Below, one piece after another: positions 41,871 through 53,504 of a DNA stretch of 64,000 nucleotides. Both the position numbers and the translations under genes were made by a program. How positions within the stretch are numbered: position 1 is the first letter of the stretch; each line of letters starts with the position of its first letter. Source of the DNA: Tubiluchus corallicola. Its lineage: Eukaryota > Animalia > Priapulida. The notes under the pieces were generated by a model. That model searched no databases. It was given only the letters and a program-made list of their open reading frames with translations, and had not been told where the DNA came from. The stretch covers positions 496,001 to 560,000 of the forward strand of contig JAQGDQ010000127.1 of the NCBI GenBank assembly GCA_030141605.1, written 5' to 3'.

Positions 41871-42575
41871 AGATATGAAATACCATGACACCAGTACGAC
41901 AACAACTAATTCAGAATTTTTATATGCACTGCATATTAATTAACTAATAATTTTTAATTCTTGTGAATAGTTGTAAATACGTTTTATTTTTATTCGAAAC
42001 CAGTGGTTTCGATTGCACTGACACATTTTCCTTTAGCAGTGTAAGTTTTTCTTAACTAACACTGATTGGTCATCTCTGTAAAGTCTTTATATGTATTTAA
42101 ATACTTTACCTAGACGTTTTATATAATATCTATGATTTATATAAAATGCGTAAAGTGACTTTAGCGTGGTCTGTCTTGAATCGAATTCTTCCTAGATTTC
42201 CTTTTTTGTACATTACAGGTCTCATCATTCGATGGAATGCGTAAGACGACCTAGTCAATGTACTAAGCCGTTCAGGCAAGCGGTGAGCTAATTATTTAAC
42301 TGGTAAAGTGGCTTACGGATACAATACCACCATCACTGAATAGGCTTCCTCTATGTGTATTAGGTGGATCACTTTCCAGAGTTAAGAATTACGATTCTTA
42401 CGATTTTTTTCGTAAACTTGTTTGTGCGTAGGAACGTTCTTAGCGTTACGCACGGATTCATTTTCTAAAAATATTCAAAAAAGTCAGTTTTCCTAAAAAT
42501 CTTCTTAGACCCCATCTTAAAGCTTGCGTAAATACAATTTTGTTTGTAGTGCATGGCTATGACGTCATGTCTCTC

Positions 42576-42576
<1 letters not shown>

Positions 42577-42659
<83 letters not shown>
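42577..42659. repeat. (TC)n microsatellite
   Basis: About 41 uninterrupted TC units; source of the RERERE/SLSLSL pseudo-ORFs. Confidence 0.95.
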
Positions 42660-42662
<3 letters not shown>

Positions 42663-43739
42663 GCGACACGAGAAAAAGCCGACCAGCCAATGCAATTTCA
42701 AACAAATTTGAAAACACGTTCAAACGTGACTTGCTTCAATTTCACACGTTCTCTAAAATACAAAACTGTATAAAGTGCCTACGAAAATTATGTTAGAACA
42801 ATTGAACATTTGTTTTATATTTATGTTAATTAAAATTTATTCGACATTCGGATATCTAGGGAAAAGTAAAATTAAAATCTAAGAATTACACACTCTGCAT
42901 ATAGACAGACTTTTGCATTGCACCTTTATAATACCTAGAAAAAATGAAGCAGAAACTATTTTAGACATTTTACTTTGGTTTGTTTCAGCACTCTATAAAA
43001 TGGATAGGCGTTCTATAGAATACACGGTTTCACATATTGCCTGTATCAGACGCAACGTGGAATTAAAGCAACAGGCTGAGGCAATCGGTTTGAGAGCTGA
43101 GGGACACCGACGTTGGATCTAAAAATCTTCCATTAGTATTGCCTAGTTTTATATGAAGCGTTATATCTCTAAAAAGAATTTGTCATCGTGGGTAGTTAGT
43201 TATAAGACTGATTTTAAATCATCATAATAACTGTATTACCGATAATAGTAATATAATATATTATTCAATATAATATATAATATTAATGTAATATATAATT
43301 ATTATTTTGTTTTATTTATTATAATTTTCGTAATTACCTAGCTGTGTATTGTGACATTTATTGAACATCTGCATTTGCTTTTGCCATTAATGTAATCACT
43401 GTTATGCAGCAATTCTCATTTCGACTTCTTCTGTTGTCATTTTTACTACATGAGGTTGCTGAGAAGTACTTTACATTGCATTTTGTTATGTTTATTTTTT
43501 CCTTTTGCTTATTGCTTTTTTGTGATCATTCCGACCATTTATGCGTATTAACCAAAGTTCCAGCCAGTACCTATCATCACAATTTATTCTGATAATCATA
43601 ATAATAAGGGTGACCTATGGTCTTTCCTCGCTCTGCTCGACCTTTGGGTAAAGTAAAGTACATGTAATATCACTGGAGAAAATAAACGTCCATGTCTACG
43701 TCTATGTATAATGCCTTTACTCGAGATCAGTAACATCGA

Positions 43740-43915
43740 TCAGCTATCGCTGATTTCAGTGGTTCGCCAGTTTTTTTGTCACTATGTAGGACTGGCCGTG
43801 CATTGGCGCCGCAATCATCAGAACCAGCTTCGTGTGAGTCATGAGACTCGTGACGTCCGTGCCTGACGCGCCGACTATATGTTGAAGATATCCGTTATTA
43901 CCGAAAGTCACATGT
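43740..43915. promoter_or_regulatory. Candidate promoter/enhancer upstream of ENOSF1
   Basis: Locally GC- and CpG-rich with clustered motifs ttggcgcc (E2F-like), tgagtca (AP-1), tgacgtc and tgacgc (CRE-like); motif match only. Confidence 0.35.
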
Positions 43916-44158
43916 CATTCCATTGAAGATAGATCTTCAACAAGCCATAGAACCAGCTAAAATACCTGCAGGACGACAAATGTGAACAAATTTAGATTTT
44001 GCACAGAAATATTTAAACACTTCAGCATTGATCCTTAGAAATAAAGGCATTTGGGGCATTGCGGCAAGCAGGGAGTCCTGACATAGAGAGGTGAACAGAA
44101 TCATGTCCCTGAACGTATGATTCATTGGATGATGATAACTGACCGAATTCGCGTCTAC

Positions 44159-44607
44159 CTGTTCTCCCCATTTTGGTGGACTTGATGAACGTAATTTTTG
44201 ACGCAATGAACGTATGTTGAACACCTGTGTACTGATGGGCTTGGGTAATTTTGGACGTAACTTCGAGTGTTTGTTCATTAAATTAAAGACTATTTTGATG
44301 GACGTGATTTAAGGTCCATTTACTTATGTTATTCGAACTCAGCGGACGTCCACTTGGTGTGTGTATTTGAACGCGATGGACTTAATTGCAAGCGTCCATT
44401 CACAAAATAACGATGGACCTACGTAATTGTTGACGTGGTGGGTTTAATGTTTAGTGCTAGCTGAACGTTAGTTTAAACGTGATGGACTCCGTATCATATG
44501 TAAATCAATTTGATTGGTGTTTGCCACGTGATCCATCACGTCCGCTGAATTAGTGAATAAACGTCCATATTACGTTCATCACGTCCACTCATTTAGGATT
44601 TGCTGAG
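44159..44607. mobile_element. MITE with inverted termini and internal atggacgtgat-type subrepeats
   Basis: gtggacttgatgaacgtaat (~44176) matches the reverse complement of attacgttcatcacgtccac (~44569) at 19/20; internal gatggac/gtccat repeats. Confidence 0.65.
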
Positions 44608-45901
44608 TCTACCAACTGCTTGAAATATCACCTCTTTCTACAGCATTACGTAAGGCTGCCTCTCTAGTTTTTGAGAAATTATGATGTGTATGCACTGTGC
44701 CGTCAATACAGTGCATATGTACCACTTTTTTTTACATTGGTGCCACTTTTAATGATGTTAATGAAAAACATAAAGTTAATAAATCCAGTAACGATGGTCT
44801 TTCAAGCTTCATCGTGAACTTGATTTGCACTGTATAGTATATTATACATTCTATAACAAAATAATAAATGATGTACAGTGATTTTTTGCTAATAAATACT
44901 TTTTTCTTCTGAATCTTTGAACTGTATCTGGAGAGCTTGAACTATGATGATTATGTTGAAACTGTATTACTCTGTGTATTTGATTATGTGATCCCATGTA
45001 AGAAGCATGAAAATGTGTAAAAATTGATTAGCAAATCACAGAATTCAGTTTAGCTGGCTGCTCCAATAGACAGTGCTTTCCTTACAGCACTTCAGTTATA
45101 TTTTTTCTGACACTGGTTCTCCGTATTTCAAGCTTCTTTTTCATGTATTTTAAATAGAAATAGTGAATAAATCAATGTGAAACAAATTTATAATATGTGT
45201 GCTTACAAACCAAAACCACCTGTAAGTCGGCATACTTAAAACTACGTTATGATGCCTCAAAGTAGAATGCACCAAAAATTTGGTAAAATGTCAATTTTTT
45301 GTTTTTATAGAAACAAATGCTAAATGTATTGGACTTATACCCTAGCATCAAGAAAATGTTCAAACAATACTAAAAATCTAATTTTATAACACTGTACCCA
45401 ATTTTTTCGCTCAAAACTAGTATTGCAATTATGAAAAACTTGTATTTTCAAACTCTGATTGTAGCTCCTGGAAGCTGTCATTTTCCTTGGTTTTTTTTCT
45501 GTTTCTGAAGCCCAGATCTCCATCAAGAAGAGTCATCTACTGGATTTAAATACAACTCCAATGTGGCCTTGTAAAGTCTTGCAAAATGATCCTCATGAAA
45601 TGGAGATTCAGGATATGTTAATAACTAGAAAAGCTTAATTGACGACTTATGGACGATTTTGCTATGCAAGCATACATATGATATGTGATATACCACCAGC
45701 ACGAGTACATACATATATTCATAATCATTGTCAGGTTATATAATTATAATATTTTCAAATGATGAATTAGAAATCACCAAACTATATTTTTTTATTTTTG
45801 TTAGTAGGTGTTACCTGGTATATGCACTTCCTCTGTTGTACTTGGTGGATATTCCTGCAATCAGCTAGATCATCCTAGAACATTGCTTATATCTCACTGA
45901 T

Positions 45902-47242
45902 ATGGCACCATTATCAACAAAAATTATTGATTTCTCTGTCTATGATATTAGATTTCCCACATCATTGGAACAACATGGATCAGATGCAATGCACACTGAC
46001 CCTGATTATTCATGTGCATACGTAATTATATCTACTGATGATGGCACAAAAGGACATGGCTTCAGTTTTACAATAGGTAAAGGTACAGATATAGTAGTGA
46101 AGGCTATTAAAGTACTGGAACATTTGTGTGTAAGCAAGAAAGTGCAAGACATTTTTAATGACTTTTCAACATTTTGGACAAAACTAACTAATCACACCCA
46201 GTTGCGATGGGTAGGTCCAGAAAAGGGTGTGATTCATTTAGCAACGGCGGCTATAATTAATGCATTATGGGACCTTTGGGGAAAACTTGAAGGCAAGCCT
46301 GTGTGGAAACTTTTATCTGACATGACATCAGAGCAAATTGTATCACTAATTGATTTTCGGTATCTGACAGATGCTTTAACGCCCCAGGAAGCTTTAGATA
46401 TTTTAAAAGCAAATGAAAATTCAAAGCAAGAAAAAATAGAATATCTAAACATGTATGGGTACCCTGCTTATACAACAGCAGTGGCATGGCTTGGTTATAG
46501 TGATGAAAGAGTAGAAATACTTGCAAAAAAAGCTCTAAGAAATGGTTGGACTCGATTTAAAGCAAAAGTTGGTGTTAGCGTAGAAGATGATGTCAGGAGG
46601 TTAAAGAAAATTCGTGAAACAATTGGCGAAAAGAATGTCCTTATGATAGATGCAAATCAGCGTTGGGACGTTGACGAAGCAGTGAAATATATGCAACATT
46701 TACTCCCATTTAAACCTTTATGGATTGAAGAGCCAACATCTCCTGATGATGTCTTAGGCCATGCATTTATAGCTAAAGCTCTCAAATCTTATGGGATTGG
46801 AGTAGCAACAGGAGAGCAATGTCATAACAGAGTTATGTTTAAACAATTTTTACAAGCTGAAGGCATGCAGTTTTGTCAAATAGATGCCTGTCGTCTTGCA
46901 GGGCCTAACGAAATCATTGCAGTGTTGTTAATGGCTAAAAAGTTCAATGTCCCTGTTTGTCCGCATGCTGGTGGAGTTGGTTTGTGTGAGCTTGTTCAAC
47001 ACATGTCATACTTTGATTATATTTGTGTTAGTGCTTCTATGGAAAACAGAGTTGTTGAGTATGTTGATCACCTACATGAACATTTTACAACTCCAACAGT
47101 AATCAAGAATGGTTCTTATTTTCCACCTAGTGATCCAGGTTATTCGAGTGAGATGAAAACTGAGTCCATACTCAGTTATGAGTATCCAAATGGAAGTGTA
47201 TGGCAGCATTTGTTTAAAGAGGGGAAGTTCAGACCAACTTAA
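45902..47242 (+). CDS. ENOSF1: Mitochondrial enolase superfamily member 1 (L-fuconate dehydratase, rTS), complete single-exon CDS, 446 aa
   Basis: Full-length match to ENOSF1 motifs RFPTSL..HGSDAMHTDPDYS, QLRWVGPEKGVIHLATAA, GYPAYTT, catalytic KxK (FKAKVG), metal ligands D (IDANQ), E (WIEEP), E (TGEQC), His in CPHAGGVGLCE, and EYVDHLHEHF; in-frame upstream stop at 45866-45868. Confidence 0.97.
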   Translation: MAPLSTKIIDFSVYDIRFPTSLEQHGSDAMHTDPDYSCAYVIISTDDGTKGHGFSFTIGKGTDIVVKAIKVLEHLCVSKKVQDIFNDFSTFWTKLTNHTQLRWVGPEKGVIHLATAAIINALWDLWGKLEGKPVWKLLSDMTSEQIVSLIDFRYLTDALTPQEALDILKANENSKQEKIEYLNMYGYPAYTTAVAWLGYSDERVEILAKKALRNGWTRFKAKVGVSVEDDVRRLKKIRETIGEKNVLMIDANQRWDVDEAVKYMQHLLPFKPLWIEEPTSPDDVLGHAFIAKALKSYGIGVATGEQCHNRVMFKQFLQAEGMQFCQIDACRLAGPNEIIAVLLMAKKFNVPVCPHAGGVGLCELVQHMSYFDYICVSASMENRVVEYVDHLHEHFTTPTVIKNGSYFPPSDPGYSSEMKTESILSYEYPNGSVWQHLFKEGKFRPT

Positions 47243-48292
47243 AAATTCTTGCTGTCAAAAAGTGTCAATGAGGATGGTTTTAGCACCAAAATAATAACTT
47301 GGAAAAGATGAAATGTTTGATAAATTAATTGTTTTTTACAGTATGAAGTACGTATATTTCAAAAAATTGTTGTTAGTACTGAGGTGAACTGAAGGAAAAG
47401 CTTTTTTAGCAGCACCAATTAATTAAGAAAAAAAGACAACTTTTATCCCTTAGTTTGTAACATAGTTTGATTGCTATGTCTACCTCATGTCTGGTTGTCA
47501 CGAAAAATTGTGGTTTTGCGATAGGCTTTAATGGGCGTCACCTTTCATTACCATCTCATCTGATTTTCAATGATATGAAGGATTATGATTCATTAATTTG
47601 TGAAATGAGTAGTGTTTATGTATTTATGTATGTGTTATTTTTGACTGCTTATTGCATTTAGATAAATCAGTAAGTAAAATCACTGACCTCATGTGAAGTT
47701 TACTGATTTTTAGTATTTTCTGGCATATTTGTATTGTTTGTAAGTTTTGTATTTTAGGACTGAGAAAATAGCTCTCACAGAGAGTTCTCACAGACTTGTT
47801 CTTAGTAAATGAAATTATGCAATGCTTAGTAAACTAGAGCGCCCACAGGAGAAGAGCATAGTTGCCCACTGAACTTGTCATACTTTGAGACTACTGCAAG
47901 ATGTATTTTCTGCATTGACACTTAAGATGATAATGATACTAAATTCTTGTGAAAAACCAGCTGCCATTATGAAGAGCATCATATAGACCTATTATATGTA
48001 TAATGTGTTTGGGGTCTTACCATATATGCAGCCCTCACCAAAATAATTAGGCTGGATGCCAGTTTGCATGGTAACTACATATATATGCAATATGAACAAT
48101 TCAATTTTGGTGCATAATGTTATTGTGCTAAAAACATTAATACTTTATTTAGTTTTGTTAAGCACTCACTGTACTAGTATAGTATAAAAGCATTGTGCTT
48201 TTGTATGATAAAAGTTATGATAACTGTGATATAGCTTTGATAAAATTTTGAGATGGATTAGAATATTTTCTCTATAATACAGTTGTTTTTCT

Positions 48293-48407
48293 AATAAAAT
48301 AATTTTAAACTGGAGTGGACTGACTGTACATTTTTCTAACAACACATTTATTGGGAAACCTGTGTTAACGTGTTTCTAATTTTTTTGGTAATGCTATCTA
48401 TAATAAA
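48293..48407 (+). terminator. Candidate ENOSF1 polyadenylation signals
   Basis: AATAAA at 48293-48298 and 48402-48407, about 1.1 kb after the stop codon; position only, weak in AT-rich DNA. Confidence 0.3.
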
Positions 48408-49505
48408 CAATAACGGTTTTATAATACGACTGGAATTAAGACAATTTATACAGGCGGTCCACATTATCATTGAAAGAAACAACTGTTGTTAAAAACTTTA
48501 AAACAAAATATTTACATTGAATTTCATGTAGTAGTTATGTACAACATAGGGAATATTATTAGTTAATAGCAACATTAATTTATTTTGTGCTTGCTTGTGT
48601 GTTTGAATTGTTCTAATGGAAATGTTCAGCTTTCATAATTACCTACTACTATTGAATATTCATGCTAAATAATCAGTTTGTTGCTAAATAATTAGTAAAT
48701 AGGTTGTGCGTCTTATCTGCAACTTTGAATAGATTAGCAGCACAATCAGTTCAGCCGACGAGACTCATTAGGGCAAAAGCTCCTGGAAGAAATAAACCTA
48801 TTATGAGACTACAAAAGGCATTTTAATCATGTTAAAGATGACAAGTCTCAGGAGAGTTCTCTCAAATATTAATAATACTTAAATTATCAGCTTTGAGTCA
48901 TTAATTAACATGATTAATTATTGGATTCCAGAACTAATGTTTTTAATACACGTATTTCATGCTTGAGTTTAAAAAGGCCCACTCTTCTGGCCTAATTACA
49001 GGTAATTAAGCAATAAATAATAACAGTTTTTAGCACCTCATTTAAATTTTGCCTTATTATGAGGTAGGCCTACTATAAACATGGACAGATGAGATGTTTA
49101 CCTCCAGCATCATTGCAAGAGGCCTAGCTATTCATTATTTCATTATAACTTATTATTACTAATAAAAATATTACATTATTCAAATAAGATAAATAATTCA
49201 AGTTATTGTTATGATCAAATCACTGAGTCCAGCAGCCAAAAGGTCAGGTTTCTCTGAATAACTGACGCTTTGCCGTGATAATTGTATTTCAGATTCCCCT
49301 TAGATGGATGTGTAATAAAGCTGAAATCATTTGCCGTTTAGTTTCGGATTAATGGATAATAATCAAAGATTTTTCCTTTTGTCAAGTGGCGCAAACTTGA
49401 AAAAGTTAAACGCAAAGAATGAGCCACTGAGACAAGCTACTGACATAGCGGAGTCTAGTTTTTTTGCTGTATTAACTGTTGTCTTTACCTGTTTCTTTTT
49501 TTTAG

Positions 49506-49608
49506 AGTTCTGTCCGCCAAATGTCTACAATAGACGTAACGGGCATATGATGATGTTGATGACTGAGTGAAAGTGAGGTTAGAAAATGTATCAAGAAACT
49601 TAGAAACG
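49506..49608 (+). other. Candidate non-coding 5' exon of the Schlafen-like gene
   Basis: Strong pyrimidine tract plus AG at 49504-49505 (cctgtttcttttttttag|) and donor acg|gtaaat; stops in all three frames. Confidence 0.4.
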
Positions 49609-49809
49609 GTAAATCTCGTGGGATGGTTAGTATTATTAATGAGTATCTAAAATGTTTCAGTGATTTTTATGTAGTTTATTTACCAAGTTTTTATCCTCGT
49701 TTTAGCAAAAAGTATTGTACCCCAAAAGTTGGGTTAGTAATATTGGTATTAATAAGACCTATAATCCATAGGCTATATATATTATATATATGCAAACTTA
49801 CACTTACAG

Positions 49810-51130
49810 GTCGATGTGATGGCGTAAACTCTTATAGATGTATTACTTTGCTTAGCTATGTTGGCAAATTATTTACATTTATTTTAAATGAACGGTTGTC
49901 AAAGTTCCTTCATATAAACGGTTTTCTTTGTGAAGGACAGACCGGTTTCAGAACTGGATATTCATCAATGCATAAGAGTCTTAGTTTTATCATTAATATG
50001 TATTTAAGCTAAAGAAGAAAGCTATATTGTGCCTCTGTAAATTATCGAAAGGCATTCGACTCTGTAAATAGAACCATTTTACAGAAAAAAATTAATGACT
50101 GCAAATGTTAATGGCTTGTTTTTAAATTGTGTTTACAATATGTAATATTCTGCCAAGTCTTGTGTTTAATCTGGTTCTTGTGATATATCTGATTTTTTTT
50201 CTAGAAATTTTGGTGTTAGCCAAGGAGAAATCTGTCTCTTGTTTTATCTCCGGTTTTTCTAAATAATATAATTCCTTTTGTATCTACAAAGTTTCAAGGC
50301 TTGAAGGAACTTTCTAGTGTAAGCAATGAAAACTTATCTGATGATACTGTTTACTTAAGGTTATATGCCCTATTGTATTCAGGCGACACTTGAAGTGGTA
50401 TATAAATACTCGTATTTAGGTCTCACGTATAATTATAATGGAAAATTTAGGGTAGCTCAGAAAAATTTGTATGTCAAAGGTTTGAGATCTATGTTTGGGC
50501 TTTTAGCAAGATGTAGAAGATTATATTCGCCAATTGATATTCAGCATAAACTATTTGATATCAACCATGCCATTATAAAACCAGTAGTTTTATATGCTGC
50601 GAAGTTTGTGCTTTGATGACATCAGTCTTTGTGATAATTTGCAATTAAGAGTCATTAAATTATCACCCTAATTAAACACCTACTGTTAAGCTATGGAGTG
50701 AATTAGGTTGCTTCTCTGCCACTATTGATGTTAAGTGTAGATGTATAAATTTTGGTTTAAATTGTGTTCTGAAAATAAAATTTACAAAATATAAAAAAAT
50801 GTGCTATGATTGTATACATAAAATGTTCCGCACTAATGTATTTGTTCATTCTTGGATCGACTTTGTCAAAAATTGTTTAGATAACTTGTGTTTATTTTAC
50901 TTATTTTCTAACTGGCTTTAATGTAAATTTTTGTTGGTTCAAATATTTGATTTCAGTACTCAAGGTTAAAAGATGCTTATATGCAAAATTGGGTTAATGA
51001 GGTTCAGATTGCAGATTATTGTAACAATTATAGACTGTTTAAAAAACATTTGCTCTTGAAAAATGTTTAATTAATTAACCTAAGGCCGACAATAAAAACA
51101 CTACTGTTTCCATACTGGAACATTAGAAGT
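49810..51130 (+). mobile_element. Decayed LINE reverse transcriptase (RTE-X/L2-like, inferred)
   Basis: Fragments NSYRCITLLSYVGKLFTFILNERL..EGQTGFRTGYS, YRKAFDSVNR, GVSQGE and YSYLGLTYNYNGKF..PIDIQHKLFD..IKPVVLYA in shifting frames. Confidence 0.85.
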
Positions 51131-51856
51131 TTAACTGTTGAAGTTCTCAGCCAGGTGAATTTTTAATTCAGCCTAGACAACACAAGATTGCATACTTACA
51201 GAGATTACTATGGCATTACTGGAACGCAAACCACTCCTGTTGTCAAGGTTTAAATTGCAGCTTAATTACATAAATTACAATGTATGCCAAGTTTCAAAAA
51301 ATGTCTAAGACCGTGTCACTAATAGACAGGTGTGCAGGATTTATTGTGTCAGCTATGTGAAGCCAATGTTCCAGTGAATATACTAGCTGCACAAATTCTA
51401 GGCACTAAATTAAAGGCTTCATTTCATTTCAGTTCCACATCTATTATCATGTCTGGACGTTTGCAAAAATGTAAAACAAATTGATAATTTATTGCTATTT
51501 TTTAAGATGGAACGCTGTATCTCAACTTGTTTACTTAACATTTATCCAATTTCATAACTAGATGCTCAAGGCAGTGTGCGTGCTTCTATAACAATAGAAA
51601 TATTAGAGGGGCAAAATACGGTATCAAAGAAAATTTATGTCAAGAAAATCTTAAGAGATAAATGATGCATTGTCACTTATTCTTAAAAACTACATAAATT
51701 ACTTTGAAAAGCTATTTAAGAAAACTTTGAACAAATAGACTGTAAGTAGAATTTTAGGTGCATGACTATTTGCTATACATAACTAACTGAGTTTTCAATC
51801 CTGACAGATTTATTGCTTTGATTTTTGCTGCACATTGCACCATTTACAGAGCACCA

Positions 51857-52029
51857 ATGGCAGTAGCTGGATTAAATCAAAATTTCTATATAAAGAATGT
51901 TGTTGTACCATTTGAAGAGGACCAAACCCATGAATTTAAAGGTCACCGGTGCTTGTCAGTGGATGAGCTGCCAGGATTTGCTTTTTTGAAAGATGAACAT
52001 GGCCAAATGAGCAGAAAGCCAGTTTCCAG
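51857..52029 (+). CDS. Schlafen/AlbA_2-domain protein, coding exon 1
   Basis: Acceptor catttacag| (exon from 51850), ATG 51857, donor ag|gtact (phase 2); MAVAGLNQNFYIKNVVVPFEEDQTHEFKGHRCLSVDELP...SRKPVS carries the ExxxxEFK motif. Confidence 0.88.
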
Positions 52030-53078
52030 GTACTTGTTGTTATATTGTTATACAACTAACAATCTATTTGCATAAGCTCACATCTTGTCAGATTTGAAAT
52101 ACCTCTGACAAATTTCTATGTTAATAACTTAAGAGCAGCATTTAGAAATAAAATTGTAGTGTCTGGAATTAGTGGCGCACATTGCTTGTTTAGTGTGGTG
52201 CACTTCAATACAAAGTAAGTGTGCAGAGCAAGAGAGAGAAAGCAATGATCGGAACGATGTAGTATTAGATGACATGTTTTAAACTTTTATCGAATTTATT
52301 ATTATATAATTAAATGTTAAACAAGACTCTTTTTTGTCTTCAAATACATTATAAAAATTGTTGGAAATTTTCTCATGTGTGGCTTGATTTTAAGGCGGGA
52401 ATAGATAGCAAAAGCCATTTAAAGTGTGGATAATGTATGGATAATTGAAATCGTAAATCAGTATAATGTTCTTTTTCTGAGCAACTATTACTACATGTAT
52501 TACCAAGCCTATTGCATATAACTGGGCTTTATTTTATTGAGCGACATACAGATATCTAGTTAATTTCAATGCAGTTTGTAATTTAGGTGTGTACGTACAC
52601 ATACACTGTCACACACACACACTTATACACACTTTCTAAATTAAAATGTGTTCTCTATGTTTAAATATGAACTATGAACATTAAACTGAGCAACTAATGT
52701 TCGCTGCTATGACAATATAATACTTGTATCTAAGTTTCTTTTGTATTTATCACCACTGAGTAAGGAGTGCATTTGTCAGTCTATCACCGTCATTACATTT
52801 TTAAAGAAAAGTATACGAAACATTATGTGAAATGCTTGCATATTATTGAATATAATAATTTTAGTTGATTCTCTTTTGCGGGGATTTTAGTTTTAATTGT
52901 ATTGTAGTGTTGTCATTGTTGTCTTTGTGTGGTGTAGGTTGCTGTACGTTTATGTACAAACTATTTTAAGGGCTTGGGCTGCTGTTCAATTAAAACTCTT
53001 AGTTTTTATGCTCTTATGGAAGTAAAAATTTTTTTAAAGTTTTTTCTTTACTTATCAATTGGTAGTTTTGTTCTTCAG

Positions 53079-53178
53079 ATACTTGAATGCTTTTCTGAAT
53101 ACTGGAATTGGAGGAGTTGTTTATCTTGGTATTATTGATGACGGTGTAGTCAAAGGGATACGTTTAACTGAGTATCAA
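53079..53178 (+). CDS. Schlafen/AlbA_2-domain protein, coding exon 2
   Basis: ttcttcag|...caa|gtgaga; (R)YLNAFLNTGIGGVVYLGIIDDGVVKGIRLTEYQ is the AlbA_2 core AFxNxxGGxxxxGxxDxG. Confidence 0.92.
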
Positions 53179-53504
53179 GTGAGAGACTTTGCTACGTATT
53201 ATAGGCCCAGGCTTGATTAATTGGTTTGTAATTTCCTCAGTGTACATAGCCATTATTTAGAGTGAAATAATGCGAATGGTTTATCAATGTATGATGTAGG
53301 TAAATATAGAATTTTTGACTAAATCTAAAATACAATTTTAGTGTACCAAGTGTAGCTTTAAAATTCGAGATTATTAAATTTAATAGAGTTCTGTATCATT
53401 TAGACATGCTGATTGGCAATCAGAAAGTTCCGATTTCATTTCGAGATTATGATATCCATTATCTTATAGGCAATAGTGTCAGTGAGTATTGCTTGGGTAA
53501 TGAC

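Noticed and set aside
42465-42773. RERERE / SLSLSL ORFs
   Set aside because: Translation of the (TC)n microsatellite.
46234-46526. Antisense ORFs within ENOSF1 (possible TYMS overlap)
   Set aside because: Short shadow ORFs with no thymidylate synthase motifs.
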